64,000 nt of DNA, from IMG/VR virus record IMGVR_UViG_3300045988_081670; one strand, 5' to 3'. The notes under the pieces were generated by a model that saw nothing but the letters and a program-made list of their open reading frames with translations, did no database searches and was not told where the DNA came from. This document shows, piece after piece, positions 24,209 to 33,602 of this stretch; position 1 is the first letter of the stretch, and each line of letters starts with the position of its first letter. This stretch comes from a virus. The translations under genes and the position numbers were made by a program.

Positions 24209-24655
24209 TTAATCTCCCATTCTTTTAGAAGCTGTAGTTGCAAGCTTGTCACAATATTCATTCCATTTATCACCATTATGCCCTTTAACATGCTCAAAAA
24301 CAATATTCGGACATAGTTTGGATACACGAGCATATTGTCTATCAAATTCCTCCCACAACTTTACATTTTTACTTCTTTTCCAACCCTTAGTAGCACATCC
24401 AATGCAGTACATACTATCAGATACAATAGTTAAGTTATCAATAGGCTTAGTAATACACTTTAGCCCAGTAATAATTGCTCCTAGTTCCATCTGATTATTG
24501 GTGGTATGTTTATACATCTTTGAATATCTAAGGATTAACTTATCATCTTTTAAAAATACTAAACCAAGTCCACCTTGGTCTAGTTTAGATGAATATGCAC
24601 CGTCGGTTATTAGTTTATAATTAGACATGTACAAAACGTGTATTAGGAGTGTCAT
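24209..24655 (-). CDS. rnhA: ribonuclease H
   Basis: TDGAY...GGLG, NQMELGAI, IVSDSMY, GWKR...LWEEF and HVKGHNGDKWNEYCDKLA match RNase HI active-site motifs. Confidence 0.85.
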   Translation of the reverse strand: MTLLIHVLYMSNYKLITDGAYSSKLDQGGLGLVFLKDDKLILRYSKMYKHTTNNQMELGAIITGLKCITKPIDNLTIVSDSMYCIGCATKGWKRSKNVKLWEEFDRQYARVSKLCPNIVFEHVKGHNGDKWNEYCDKLATTASKRMGD

Positions 24656-25035
24656 CTTTTATAACACATTCCTCATACTTTTTCTCTATCAATGCTTTTT
24701 GCTCACTTAAAACTTTCTCCAGTTCCGGAAACTCTTCATCCTCATCTTGCACATATAGAGATTGCCATTCGTAATGTCCAAAGTCAGTTATGACTATATT
24801 TCTAATAGCTTCCCTAATATGAAGTGCAAAATCAAAATAGCCAATTCTAATTTCTCCTGCAACTCCCTTCACCTTTACATAAACCTCATCATTCTTCTTT
24901 GAAACAAATATTTCTGTTAATATGAGATCATTAAAGACTGGTTCTATTGACTTGGGAGTTCTGACTATATATCTCTCAAACGGGTAAAATTCGTTGAGTA
25001 TGTTTATAAAATCGTCATCTGCATTCATAATAATA

Positions 25036-25084
25036 ATAATAAAAAAAAAAAGGCTTCCGCAAGAAAAATTCTCACAGAAGCCTT
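25036..25084 (-). terminator. intrinsic terminator (8-bp stem AAGGCTTC/GAAGCCTT, then a U-run on the minus transcript)
   Basis: The plus strand reads aaaaaaaaaaaggcttccgcaagaaaaattctcacagaagcctt. In minus orientation this is a hairpin followed by poly-U. Confidence 0.6.
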
Positions 25085-25092
25085 AAAACATT

Positions 25093-25398
25093 TTAAGACT
25101 TGAGAAAATCCACTACCTTTTGTAACTTGCCTGCATCTTGCTTCTTAAAGATAAATTCATCAAAGTGTCCAAACATACACCTATATCCGAATATGTACTT
25201 TATAGAGTTCCAAATGCGTTTCCAGAAAGAATCTGGAGATAAATGTACTGATACATAGACATTCCTATCCTCATCATCAGAAAAGTATGAGAAAATAAGT
25301 TGATGTTCTACGTTATTACATTGTCAAATAAATAACTCATTAACTGAGTCATCACAAGGTACGATAATCTCTTCGTCTTTTACCTTTATATTTTTCAT
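25093..25398 (-). pseudogene. small ORF with an in-frame TGA (24 codons, TGA at 25324..25326, then 76 codons, then TAA)
   Basis: Translating from the ATG at 25398 gives MKNIKVKDEEIIVPCDDSVNELFI[TGA]QCNNVEHQLIFSYFSDDEDRNVYVSVHLSPDSFWKRIWNSIKYIFGYRCMFGHFDEFIFKKQDAGKLQKVVDFLKS. It ends just before the terminator hairpin at 25036..25084. Confidence 0.3.
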
Positions 25399-25416
25399 AT
25401 TGCTAAACTTAATTAG

Positions 25417-25488
25417 CACACCCAGAGAGAATCGAACTTCCATCTGCGATTTTGGAGACCGCTAGTCTAGCCATTAACCTACAGGTGC
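25417..25488 (-). tRNA. tRNA-Trp (anticodon CCA)
   Basis: Cloverleaf read by hand: acceptor GCACCTG/TGGGTGT (with G-U pairs), anticodon stem GCGGT/ATCGC, loop CTCCAAA, T-loop TTCGATT. Confidence 0.6.
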
Positions 25489-25709
25489 ATAAAATCAGAC
25501 AACAAGGTTCTAACATTCTCTTTAACCTCCATTGAAGAACCCAAAATAGAGGGGTCTTTATTCATTTTTAAGAAGTAAAGTAAATTTTTGCTGTATGTTG
25601 TCTCATATAGGATGTCTAACAGCGCTCCTATCCAATTACAGGAATGGCTGTTCGGCAATAAGCCTACTAAGGGTTTCTGGTTTACATCCTACTTACTGTA
25701 AACCCTTTT

Positions 25710-26576
25710 TCAGTTAAATTCATGGGTATTCTTTTTAATCCTTTTTTCTGCATTAGCTCTGATTAACGAATCCTTTAGTATTTGCATACGAGTTAATTCT
25801 TTTTCCTTTCTATACTCTCTCATTCGTTTTCGCTTTGCCGCTCTTTCTTCGTAATAATATTTAGAGTACTTAGGAGATCCTTCATAATACGTTTTGTTAA
25901 CAGAATCATAACAACACTTTATAAAATCAGTAGCGCTAAGTCCTCTATACTTTTTATCTCTCATAAGAGCTGAATACTTAGAACTATAATGCCAACCAAG
26001 TTCTATTAGTGCCTTAGTAATATACTCCTCTACTTTCTTTCCAAGACCTTTCGGAAGTTTTTCGCTAGTTGTAATTGCGTAGTATACACTATTACCTAAT
26101 TTGTTTCTTAGGTATAATGCAATTTTTGGATATTCTAAGAAGAGTTTTTTCTTATCTATAATATAATAATCCTCTGATTTGTTCAATTCTACAACGTATT
26201 TTCTGCACTTATTCTTCTTGATAGATTTATATTTTCTAATAATGTAATCAGAATCAAGATAATAGCTTTTATTATGCCAGCATATTTTATGCATATTACA
26301 AGAATCAATCTTTGATTTAAACCTTTTACGAAACTCTAAGTCTTTTTTCTTTTTAAATTTCTCACATACTTTACGATATACGTTGTCAAATTTCTTTCCA
26401 ACTGAATCCTCAAGGAATCTTTCTATCCAAGTGCAAGCGTCTTTATTCCAACGGTCATAATATCCATCTATTCCCTTTTTACGAGTTCTTTCTCTCATTG
26501 ATTCGTGCTTAGGAAGAACAACGTCTTCATAATTTGCATAATTACTAGGTAGTCCTTGATAAAATTCGTTAACCAT
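25710..26576 (-). CDS. hypothetical protein (Lys/Tyr-rich)
   Basis: 288-aa ORF. Confidence 0.45.
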   Translation of the reverse strand: MVNEFYQGLPSNYANYEDVVLPKHESMRERTRKKGIDGYYDRWNKDACTWIERFLEDSVGKKFDNVYRKVCEKFKKKKDLEFRKRFKSKIDSCNMHKICWHNKSYYLDSDYIIRKYKSIKKNKCRKYVVELNKSEDYYIIDKKKLFLEYPKIALYLRNKLGNSVYYAITTSEKLPKGLGKKVEEYITKALIELGWHYSSKYSALMRDKKYRGLSATDFIKCCYDSVNKTYYEGSPKYSKYYYEERAAKRKRMREYRKEKELTRMQILKDSLIRANAEKRIKKNTHEFN

Positions 26577-26607
26577 ATATTAAAAATTAAAGTTAATTGT
26601 AGCTCTG

Positions 26608-26655
26608 GCAGGATTCGAACCTGCCAAAAATACCATATAGAGCTTATTCCTCACT
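26608..26655 (-). other. tRNA-like minihelix: acceptor-like stem plus T-arm (GGCAGG TTCGAAT CCTGCC), no D-arm or anticodon arm
   Basis: Minus-strand RNA reads AGCTCTA tatggtattttt GGCAGGTTCGAATCCTGCC AGAGCT a. A canonical T-arm, but no full cloverleaf can be drawn. Confidence 0.3.
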
Positions 26656-26801
26656 ATTAGAAAAGAAAAGTAGACTTAGTGCCAAACCAATACCTAACAT
26701 CTAACTAACAGTTCCAGCGTGTTTAAGCTTCACCCATTTTATCCAAGATGTCGGCCTCTTTCTCCTACTGAGGTTTTCATTTCTAATATTATATAGAAAT
26801 T

Positions 26802-27431
26802 TTAATCACTAAAAGTGATATTATTCATATTGTTACAATAATTAAAATCAATTTCTTTATTATTTACTTTTTTAACTGTTTGCTTTATTACTCCTATACC
26901 AATATCTGGACTTTTAGAGTCAATCCAAAATTCATTATGAGGTAATAGTGGTTTAAGCTTAGTATATTCTATTAAGTTACAATATATTATAGGATATACC
27001 CCAGCCCTCTCACTAAAAAGCTCATTTAATTTTATTAGGTTTTTTATTCTTGATACTTCTGATTCTTCTCCAAAGCCATCCTTTTCATAATCAATACATG
27101 GTAACAAACTTAAAGACATGTCTTCAGTTGCTTTATCATAGTTTTTGTACTGATCTTCGGCAGGGACATCACCTCTAAAAAAATGATAAGCACCTATATA
27201 CAAACTATAATCATATGCTTTATTAAAGTGCTCATACCTTAGAGGGTCTTTATAAGAAGCTCCTTCTGATGCTTTTATAAAAACAAATTTCACATTAGCA
27301 TCTTTAAAGTATTGCCAATCACAATCAGTTATTTTGTTATGGTGTGATATATCTATACCTAATGTTCTAGGTCGATTTGCACAACTTATAAATAGTAAAC
27401 AACAAAGTAATAAATTAATAACTTTTTTCAT
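26802..27431 (-). CDS. GH25-family muramidase (endolysin) with lipoprotein signal peptide
   Basis: N-terminal MKKVINLLLCCLLFISC lipobox. Motifs GIDISHHN, KFVFIKASEGASYKD and GAYHF are typical of GH25 lysozymes. Confidence 0.75.
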   Translation of the reverse strand: MKKVINLLLCCLLFISCANRPRTLGIDISHHNKITDCDWQYFKDANVKFVFIKASEGASYKDPLRYEHFNKAYDYSLYIGAYHFFRGDVPAEDQYKNYDKATEDMSLSLLPCIDYEKDGFGEESEVSRIKNLIKLNELFSERAGVYPIIYCNLIEYTKLKPLLPHNEFWIDSKSPDIGIGVIKQTVKKVNNKEIDFNYCNNMNNITFSD

Positions 27432-27943
27432 CTTATAATACTTCTATCATTATATTTTTTTATATACTAAACTCCACTATTTGAAGGGTCATTTCTATCA
27501 TTTTTACCAGAGGTAAGTTTTCCTCTATTCCAGTATATACTATTAGCATCAGTTTGACTCATAGGAGAACCATCTTTCCATGTATATGAAGGTTTCATGG
27601 TTTGCCTATTATACAATAGTTTTAAGACTGTTGCTTTACCCTACAATGTAGGATTGTTCTTTAAAGAATTTTCATTTATACCATATTTATGATACTAACT
27701 ATTTAATTCTTTCTGCTAAGGGTATATTTTTATCTGTGTAAGACCTCTTGATATTGGAGATACTTTTCCTCTTGTAAGTTTTTGCATTAATTTAAGTCCA
27801 CTATCAGGAATATGTTCTTTTATCCAATATCTTAAACTAGTTCCATTCTTCGTCTCTACTCCAGTTAAATTTACAGCTTGCTTACTTATATTTGCCCAAT
27901 CATTATCCGAAAGATTGTATTTGCGCATCATATTATTACGCAT
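27428..27943 (-). CDS. hypothetical protein, TAG-recoded (4 in-frame TAG). Extends the annotated 75-aa ORF 27716..27943 through its TAG stop
   Basis: The frame continues open for 96 more codons past the TAG at 27716..27718. Further in-frame TAGs sit at 27695, 27641 and 27467. The frame ends at TGA 27428..27430, which overlaps the lysin ATG (ATGA). Confidence 0.7.
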
Positions 27944-28053
27944 ACTATTTACTCCTTGTATAAACTAATGCATGTTATTATTTAGTCTATTAGGATTAAT
28001 AGCAGTAACTGTAACTTCTGGAAGATTATAAGTATTATAATATTTTGTCATTA

Positions 28054-29184
28054 CTAATCCTCCCATCCTCTAGGTGTTCCAGCATCTCTCATAGAAGTAA
28101 TTCCAAATTTTTGACCATTATTACTTCCTAATACTTCATCTAGTAATTCATTATGAATTTTACCGTGTATATTATGTGTAACTCTCCAGTTTTTACCATC
28201 CCAATAGGCATAGCCAACATGTGTAGCTGGAGTTCCTGTGTTCTCCTTTATAGCACTATTATAAAAATCTATCATGTGGGGAGATGTTTTATAATACATA
28301 TTAACTGGATATACGTGATTTTTACGCATCTGTAATTGGTCCAGATTATTTTTAAAGTTGTCTGCTGCTTGATAATGGATATTACGTATTGCCTATAGTG
28401 AATCATTATGATTATAACCGGCCATGTTAGGAGTTAAATTAACACCATCATAACCATTAACAAAATCTTTATAACGTCTTCCCATTTGATAAGCATCTCC
28501 TCCTGCATTAATCCCCATACCTCGTAATTGAGTATTAACGTAAGTTGCACATTCTGGAGTTAAATTACCTAAACGATCGACGGGTTTTTCTGGTATCGTT
28601 AAACCTTTTAATGCTTCTTCTGGAACTCCCTAGGTTGCTAACAATCTTTTAACTGCAATTTCTTCCTATGGAGACGCTTTCTTTTTTGGATAAATAGTCT
28701 AAGCAATTAATCCAGATGCTCCTAGTACTCCAATACCTCCAAGCACTCCTAATCTTTTATTCCTAATGCTCTTTGCCGTATTAGTTATAAAAGGCTTCAT
28801 TGCTTCCTACCTAACCTTTAGAAGGGCTAATTTATTTTCATCCCCTCCAAATTCTCTAGTACCACTTTTGTAAACCTTGGTAGCTTTATCAGGGTTCTCC
28901 TACATCCACTTAAGTTCAGCCTTAGAAGCTGCACTCCTCATGGCTCTTGCATCCCTGATAGCCTATTTCTTTCCTTCGAGATTCGCATCTCTCATTTTCT
29001 AGGTAGGTCTCCAACTACTCTTCTATTGCAATATTTTCTATTTTGCAAGCTTGTTTAATTTCTTTTCAGCTGCAGCTTCTCCTGTGAAAATTCTTCTTAA
29101 TTCATTAGATGCTAACTTAGCCTTATTTACTAACTTACCAAACTAGAGAATTGCTCCTCTCTGTGCTTTATTGATTTGTGTCAT
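28054..29184 (-). CDS. hypothetical virion or late protein, TAG-recoded (11 in-frame TAG, no internal TAA/TGA). The C-terminal 91 aa are the annotated ORF 28054..28329
   Basis: Hand translation from the ATG at 29184 to TAG 28054: MTQINKAQRGAIL*FGKLVNKAKLASNELRRIFTGEAAAEKKLNKLAK*KILQ*KSSWRPT*KMRDANLEGKK*AIRDARAM... continues into ...LQMRKNHVYPVNMYYKTSPH. Confidence 0.75.
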
Positions 29185-29250
29185 TTTTTTTTTCTTTATT
29201 AATATCCGTACTACATTTTTCTCTGATAAATAGAAAACAAACTATTTGGG

Positions 29251-30204
29251 TCATACTGTTGTGCCCAATTTGAAATAGTCCTATTGAAAGCATCCTGGGT
29301 TTGCTGTCCCCCACTTACCATCAGCATTTATTCCAAGTTTCTCTTGAAGTTGCTTGACAGCTTCTGGGCTAGTGTAACCAGCTTTAGCAGCACGATAATC
29401 GAACACACTGTCATAGCCGCTATTATGAGCTTCCATAGTGTCATCAGCCATACCTATAATTTGTCCAGTTTGCTTATCATATATATAACCATTACTGCCT
29501 TGTAGATACTGATCTGGAGTTAGCCAATTTGTTCCGTCGTAGTAATTAGTATTCCCATACCTATCTATTCCGAATCCTTGCTGTTGATTTTCATACTAAC
29601 CAGTTTCCTGATTCCACTCCTGCCAACCATTGTTTGGGTTATACCTATATTGCTATTGAGTCTCCTCTACAGCACTAGGTTGTTTAGAATTTCTTGGAAT
29701 AACTAGATAAGCTCCAGTACCAAGACCACCTACAAGTCCAGTAGCTTTAAGAGTTCTTTTAATACCCCTATTTCTAACCTATCTTAGAGCATCATTCGTA
29801 ACCTGTCTCTTAGTATTATTGAAAGCTTCCTAGGCTTCTCTACTTTTCTATGATGCAGTTATTGCATTTCTTTCAGCTTCATTTGTTTTTCTCGCAGCAT
29901 CATTTACTCTCTTCACATTTCTTTTACTATTAGGCTACTTCCAATTTTTAGTACTGTCTAATAATTTACTTTCTGCTTGCTAAGCTTCTTTATACCTCTA
30001 AGCTGCAAGATTGTGGCTCATTTCAGCCCCTTTCTAACTGTTTCTTGCAGCAGTTAACTCTGGAGAAGCTTGCCTAATTTTAACTACAGCTCTTTCACCT
30101 CCTCCAATTCGTCTCATCCAATTTCCAAAATAATCTGGGATTACCTAAGCATTGCTTTTTAACCAGTTTAGTCCTTCGCCTATGTATTGTGCTCTCTTAC
30201 TCAT
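29251..30204 (-). CDS. hypothetical Gln/Asn-rich protein, TAG-recoded (12 in-frame TAG)
   Basis: 317 codons open from the ATG at 30204 to TGA 29251 with TAG treated as sense: MSKRAQYIGEGLNWLKSNA*VIPDYFGNW... ending ...*QYRYNPNNGWQEWNQETG*YENQQQGFGIDRYGNTNYYDG. No ORF of 60 aa or more under the standard code. Confidence 0.7.
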
Positions 30205-30206
30205 AT

Positions 30207-31481
30207 TTAATTATTGTTAGATAAATTTATCATATAACTGCTATGTGCATAAGGGTATAGTGCCATAGCTGGATCTGAAGCCATAAGTCCATGAAACGCA
30301 GCCTGTCCTGCACTTACAAATCTACTACCAATTCCTTCCGCTCCTCCTAATCTCTTAGGGGCTAATGCCTTTCTTGCAGAGTTAAGTGCACTTCCAGCCT
30401 AGTAAAGGTTAGCAGCTCCTGGTGTATGAGACATCATAGGTCTCCAATTGTTTTTTAATGTAGTTTTTACACCATCTCGCATCATTCCAGAGGCTCCTGA
30501 TCTAAGTCTAGAGACTCCTCCCTTCATTCCTTTAGTTCCGAGGAGAGCCATAGCAAAATTAGCTTCATCATTGAAATTCTTTCTTTGTTGCTCATCTAGT
30601 CCAGTCCAGGCAAAATTCTTATCAGCAAATCCCTTATTTCTGGGATCATCTGGTAGTATTCCTTTCTCTCCTGGAGCTAAGAAACTTCTGATGGAGTTAA
30701 TATCCTTACCTAGATCTAAATATTGTCCTAGCTTGCCAGCTTCTCTCTCAACCTTCTAAGGAAGTAAAAGTTGTAGTGCAGTTCCAATAGTTCCTCCTAG
30801 AATAGCATTTCCAGTTCTGGAAACGTCTCCGAGAGTATCATTGAATCGCGCCCAACCACCTGTATTTCGTTTCGGTTCTAACACACTCTGGGGAACATTA
30901 TCATACATTCCACTTCTTCTAGCATATCCTTTTTTCCAAATATCAGAAATTGACTTAAAGGAATCAACAAAGTTTTCCACAGCACTATCCCAGTTACCGT
31001 CCCAAGCACCTTTCTTGAAAGGATTTAGATCACTCCAACTAAATTCATCAGGATCCTCAGCAGAAGTCTATGATTTCTGTCGTGCTCTATAAGCCTGCAT
31101 AGCTTTATTCTTTGTATCTTGATTTAGATAGGTATCTTTATTATTGAAAGGATTTCTCTGTGTATAGCCAGTTGCTGTCTTTCTAGCTCCTGCTGCCTTT
31201 GCATTTTCCTCTATTCTAGAAGCTGCTTCATCCCAAGTAGCAGTTCTTCCTTCTCTAGAAGATTTAACATCATTGAAACGCCAGCGTCCATTCTAGAATA
31301 TGTTTCCATTTCTAGTATTCATGGAGACTCTATTTGCATAATCTTTACCATATTTACTGGCTAAATATCTCCAGGCAGACCCAGTTATAGCCTACCCTTT
31401 CTAGGCAATCTTGTTGCCATTTACATCTCGGTAATATCCATCTTTACCGAGCCACAATTTACTCATATTAAAATCAGCCAT
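30207..31481 (-). CDS. hypothetical Gly-rich protein, TAG-recoded (6 in-frame TAG). Contains the annotated 74-aa ORF 30756..30980
   Basis: 424 codons open from the ATG at 31481 to TAA 30207: MADFNMSKLWLGKDGYYRDVNGNKIA*KG*AITGSAWRY... reading through TAG 30756..30758 into ...QKVEREAGKLGQYLDLGKDINSIR.... Confidence 0.7.
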
Positions 31482-31519
31482 TTTCTTCTTTTTTTTTTTA
31501 TGTTTACAGGAACAGGTAG

Positions 31520-31595
31520 TACCTCCTAGTGGATTCGAACCAACAGTTTCACTAATATAGACTTTGTTAAACTTCTACCACTGATATAAGGAGGT
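31520..31595 (-). tRNA. candidate amber-suppressor tRNA (anticodon CTA), non-canonical features
   Basis: 76 nt: ACCTCCT TA TATCAGTGGTAGAAGTTT AACAAA GTCTATA TTAGT GAAACT GTTGG TTCGAAT CCACT AGGAGGT A. Perfect 7-bp acceptor, D-loop AGTGGTAGA, canonical T-arm. The best anticodon helix puts CTA at positions 34-36 with U33. An alternative fold gives GTC with A33. It lies 38 nt upstream of the recoded gene block. Confidence 0.45.
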
Positions 31596-31775
31596 AATCT
31601 AGTTAGTTATACTCCAACTAGAAATGAGTTTAGGTTATTTTCACTGGTTTTATTATAACATTCCATTATCCCAGCACCTATCGTATGTTCTTTCTCTTTC
31701 TAACCTAAATGATTAATTTTAAGGTAATTTACGATATTTAAACGAGTCAGTGAGAGATGTTTGTTACCTAAAGTT

Positions 31776-32777
31776 TTACTTAATAGTAACTATTGCTACA
31801 CGACCACTAGTAGTGTCAGTAACACCAGTTCCAATACAATTCTCTACGATTACACCATTTCCAGTTAAGAATTTGGAAACAGCTTCTGCACGTTTCTCCG
31901 ACAACTTCTGATTGTAATTAGAGGAACCTTCTGGAGATGCAGAACCAATAATGCTTACCTTAGAACCAGATGGAATCTTAGACAATTTAGACATAGCGGT
32001 TCCAGTAAGTTTTGCAGAATTTTGTGCAAAGAAAATCACTGTGTTACCAACTGTATTAGTAACAACTTCGGTCTTAACGACTTCCTTTATAATTTCCGTA
32101 GGTTTCTTTGCTAAATCCTTCTTAAGAGAATTAATTTCATTGTTCATTGATGTAATATCATACGTCTTAAAACTTCTTGTACCATTAGAAGTCTTAAAGT
32201 GGTATACCCATCCAATTAAGACACCAAGCTGAGCATAATTCTTATTGAACTCTACATGACCTGTCTTGTTTAGATTCCAGTATACTGCAGGATTAACTAT
32301 AATTGAGTGAGCCTTCTCCTTACCTAGATTGAATGACAATACCGCTCCAGTTTTAGAGGTAATATAGTTACAGTGTCCTGTCCAACTATGCAGCCAGCCA
32401 ATACCAGTCTCAGTGCTTACTTCAAACCTCCGAGGGGTTCCATTATATCCGCACAGCAGGTTAGAGAAGTTAATAACTCCATTCAATCCAGTATTAATAG
32501 ACCTTACTACAGTAGAAGCACTACCATAGTGATTATCGCCAAAGGAGGCAAGTCCTTCAACGTTAAACCCAAATACAGGAGTAAGGTTCTTCTGCAACTT
32601 AATACCAGCAACTCCATTTACAGGAAATACTGAGTTAAAGTCTAGAGGAGTAGTTACTCCACCTACAACACTAATAGAAGTGTTATCAAGGATTTTAGAT
32701 TCTTCATACGCTGTTTGCGCATAGGTAAAACTACACAGAGTAAACAGCAAACTCATGATGAAAATAAATTTCTTCAT
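31776..32777 (-). CDS. OmpA-family outer-membrane protein (signal peptide, beta-barrel region, C-terminal OmpA-like peptidoglycan-binding domain)
   Basis: N-terminal MKKFIFIMSLLFTLCSFTYAQ signal peptide. C-terminus NSAKLTG...IIGSASPEGSSNYNQKLSEKRAEAV matches OmpA_C motifs. Confidence 0.7.
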   Translation of the reverse strand: MKKFIFIMSLLFTLCSFTYAQTAYEESKILDNTSISVVGGVTTPLDFNSVFPVNGVAGIKLQKNLTPVFGFNVEGLASFGDNHYGSASTVVRSINTGLNGVINFSNLLCGYNGTPRRFEVSTETGIGWLHSWTGHCNYITSKTGAVLSFNLGKEKAHSIIVNPAVYWNLNKTGHVEFNKNYAQLGVLIGWVYHFKTSNGTRSFKTYDITSMNNEINSLKKDLAKKPTEIIKEVVKTEVVTNTVGNTVIFFAQNSAKLTGTAMSKLSKIPSGSKVSIIGSASPEGSSNYNQKLSEKRAEAVSKFLTGNGVIVENCIGTGVTDTTSGRVAIVTIK

Positions 32778-32909
32778 AAAATTTTTACTAAATTAATTAA
32801 AATATATAACACAGTGAAATAACCAAAAAGACTAGAGTACTAAGTGTACTCATTTCAAGGAAAAAACATTCTTTTTCATCTTATTCTACTTTAATCTTTA
32901 TAAACTTAG

Positions 32910-32954
32910 AAGGTTGAGAGGATTTGAACCTCTATAGAGCCTTATCTCCAACCT
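32910..32954 (-). other. tRNA-like minihelix (acceptor AGGTTGG/TCAACCT plus T-arm GAGG TTCAAAT CCTC)
   Basis: A canonical T-arm flanked by a 7-bp complementary acceptor pair, with only about 14 nt between them. No D-arm or anticodon arm. Confidence 0.3.
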
Positions 32955-33130
32955 AAACAGAGCACCTTCACTACTTCTATTTATCTTCTAATAGTAGCAA
33001 GAGAATATTCTATATTAACCTCAATAGAAATTGGACTAGACCAGCTAGTTATTAAATTATAAATTGTTATGAGTAATGTTGTTTTGAATTTTTGCTGCAA
33101 GTGCTCTTATTATAAAATTATGGCAAAACT

Positions 33131-33418
33131 TCATTCTAAAATACCATACCCAAATCCTAATCTAGTTATTAAATACTTACCCAAATTTTTCATTTTTTTA
33201 CGCAATCTTGATATAGTAGTATCTACAGTTCTTAAAGAAACTTTAGAATTCCATACATTATTAAGAATTTCCTGTCTGGAATGTATCTTATTCTTATTCT
33301 TTATAAGAAATTCAAGGAGATTAAATTCATTCTTTGTAAGGTTGATTTCTTCTCCCCCTATAGTACATACCTTTATGTCTAAATTGAGATTTAGTTCCTT
33401 AAATACTAGTTCATTCAT
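33131..33418 (-). CDS. standalone OmpR/PhoB-type winged-helix DNA-binding protein
   Basis: 95 aa. LTKNEFNLLEFLIKN...RQEILNNVW...RTVDTTISRLRKKM...ITRLGFGY matches the Trans_reg_C effector domain. No receiver domain. Confidence 0.7.
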   Translation of the reverse strand: MNELVFKELNLNLDIKVCTIGGEEINLTKNEFNLLEFLIKNKNKIHSRQEILNNVWNSKVSLRTVDTTISRLRKKMKNLGKYLITRLGFGYGILE

Positions 33419-33436
33419 TACTTTTAATTTTTATTG

Positions 33437-33510
33437 TGCTCTCATCCAGATTCAAACTGGAAACCCACAGCTTAGGAGGCTGTTGCTCTATTCAATTGAG
33501 CTATGGGAGC
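33437..33510 (-). tRNA. tRNA-Arg (anticodon CCT)
   Basis: GCTCCCA TA GCTCAATTGAATAGAGC A ACAGC CTCCTAA GCTGT GGGTT TCCAG TTTGAAT CTGGA TGAGAGC A. The overlapping plus ORF 33069..33539 is spurious. Confidence 0.7.
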
Positions 33511-33602
33511 GGAAAGTCTACTCGATAGAGTACATTTAATGCCCATATCAAGTAGACTTATAAAGATACTAATTCTTAGTTAATTTACAAAATTAACAAA
33601 GA

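Noticed and set aside
29284-31092. Plus-strand ORFs 29284..29505, 30448..30759 and 30841..31092 in the apparent ORF desert
   Set aside because: These overlap the much longer TAG-recoded minus-strand frames and have Ser/Leu/Pro-rich antisense-type composition. The desert is explained by recoding, not by these ORFs.
33069-33539. Plus-strand 156-aa ORF
   Set aside because: Overlaps the minus-strand OmpR-like gene and the tRNA-Arg(CCT) gene. Cys/Phe/Leu-rich.
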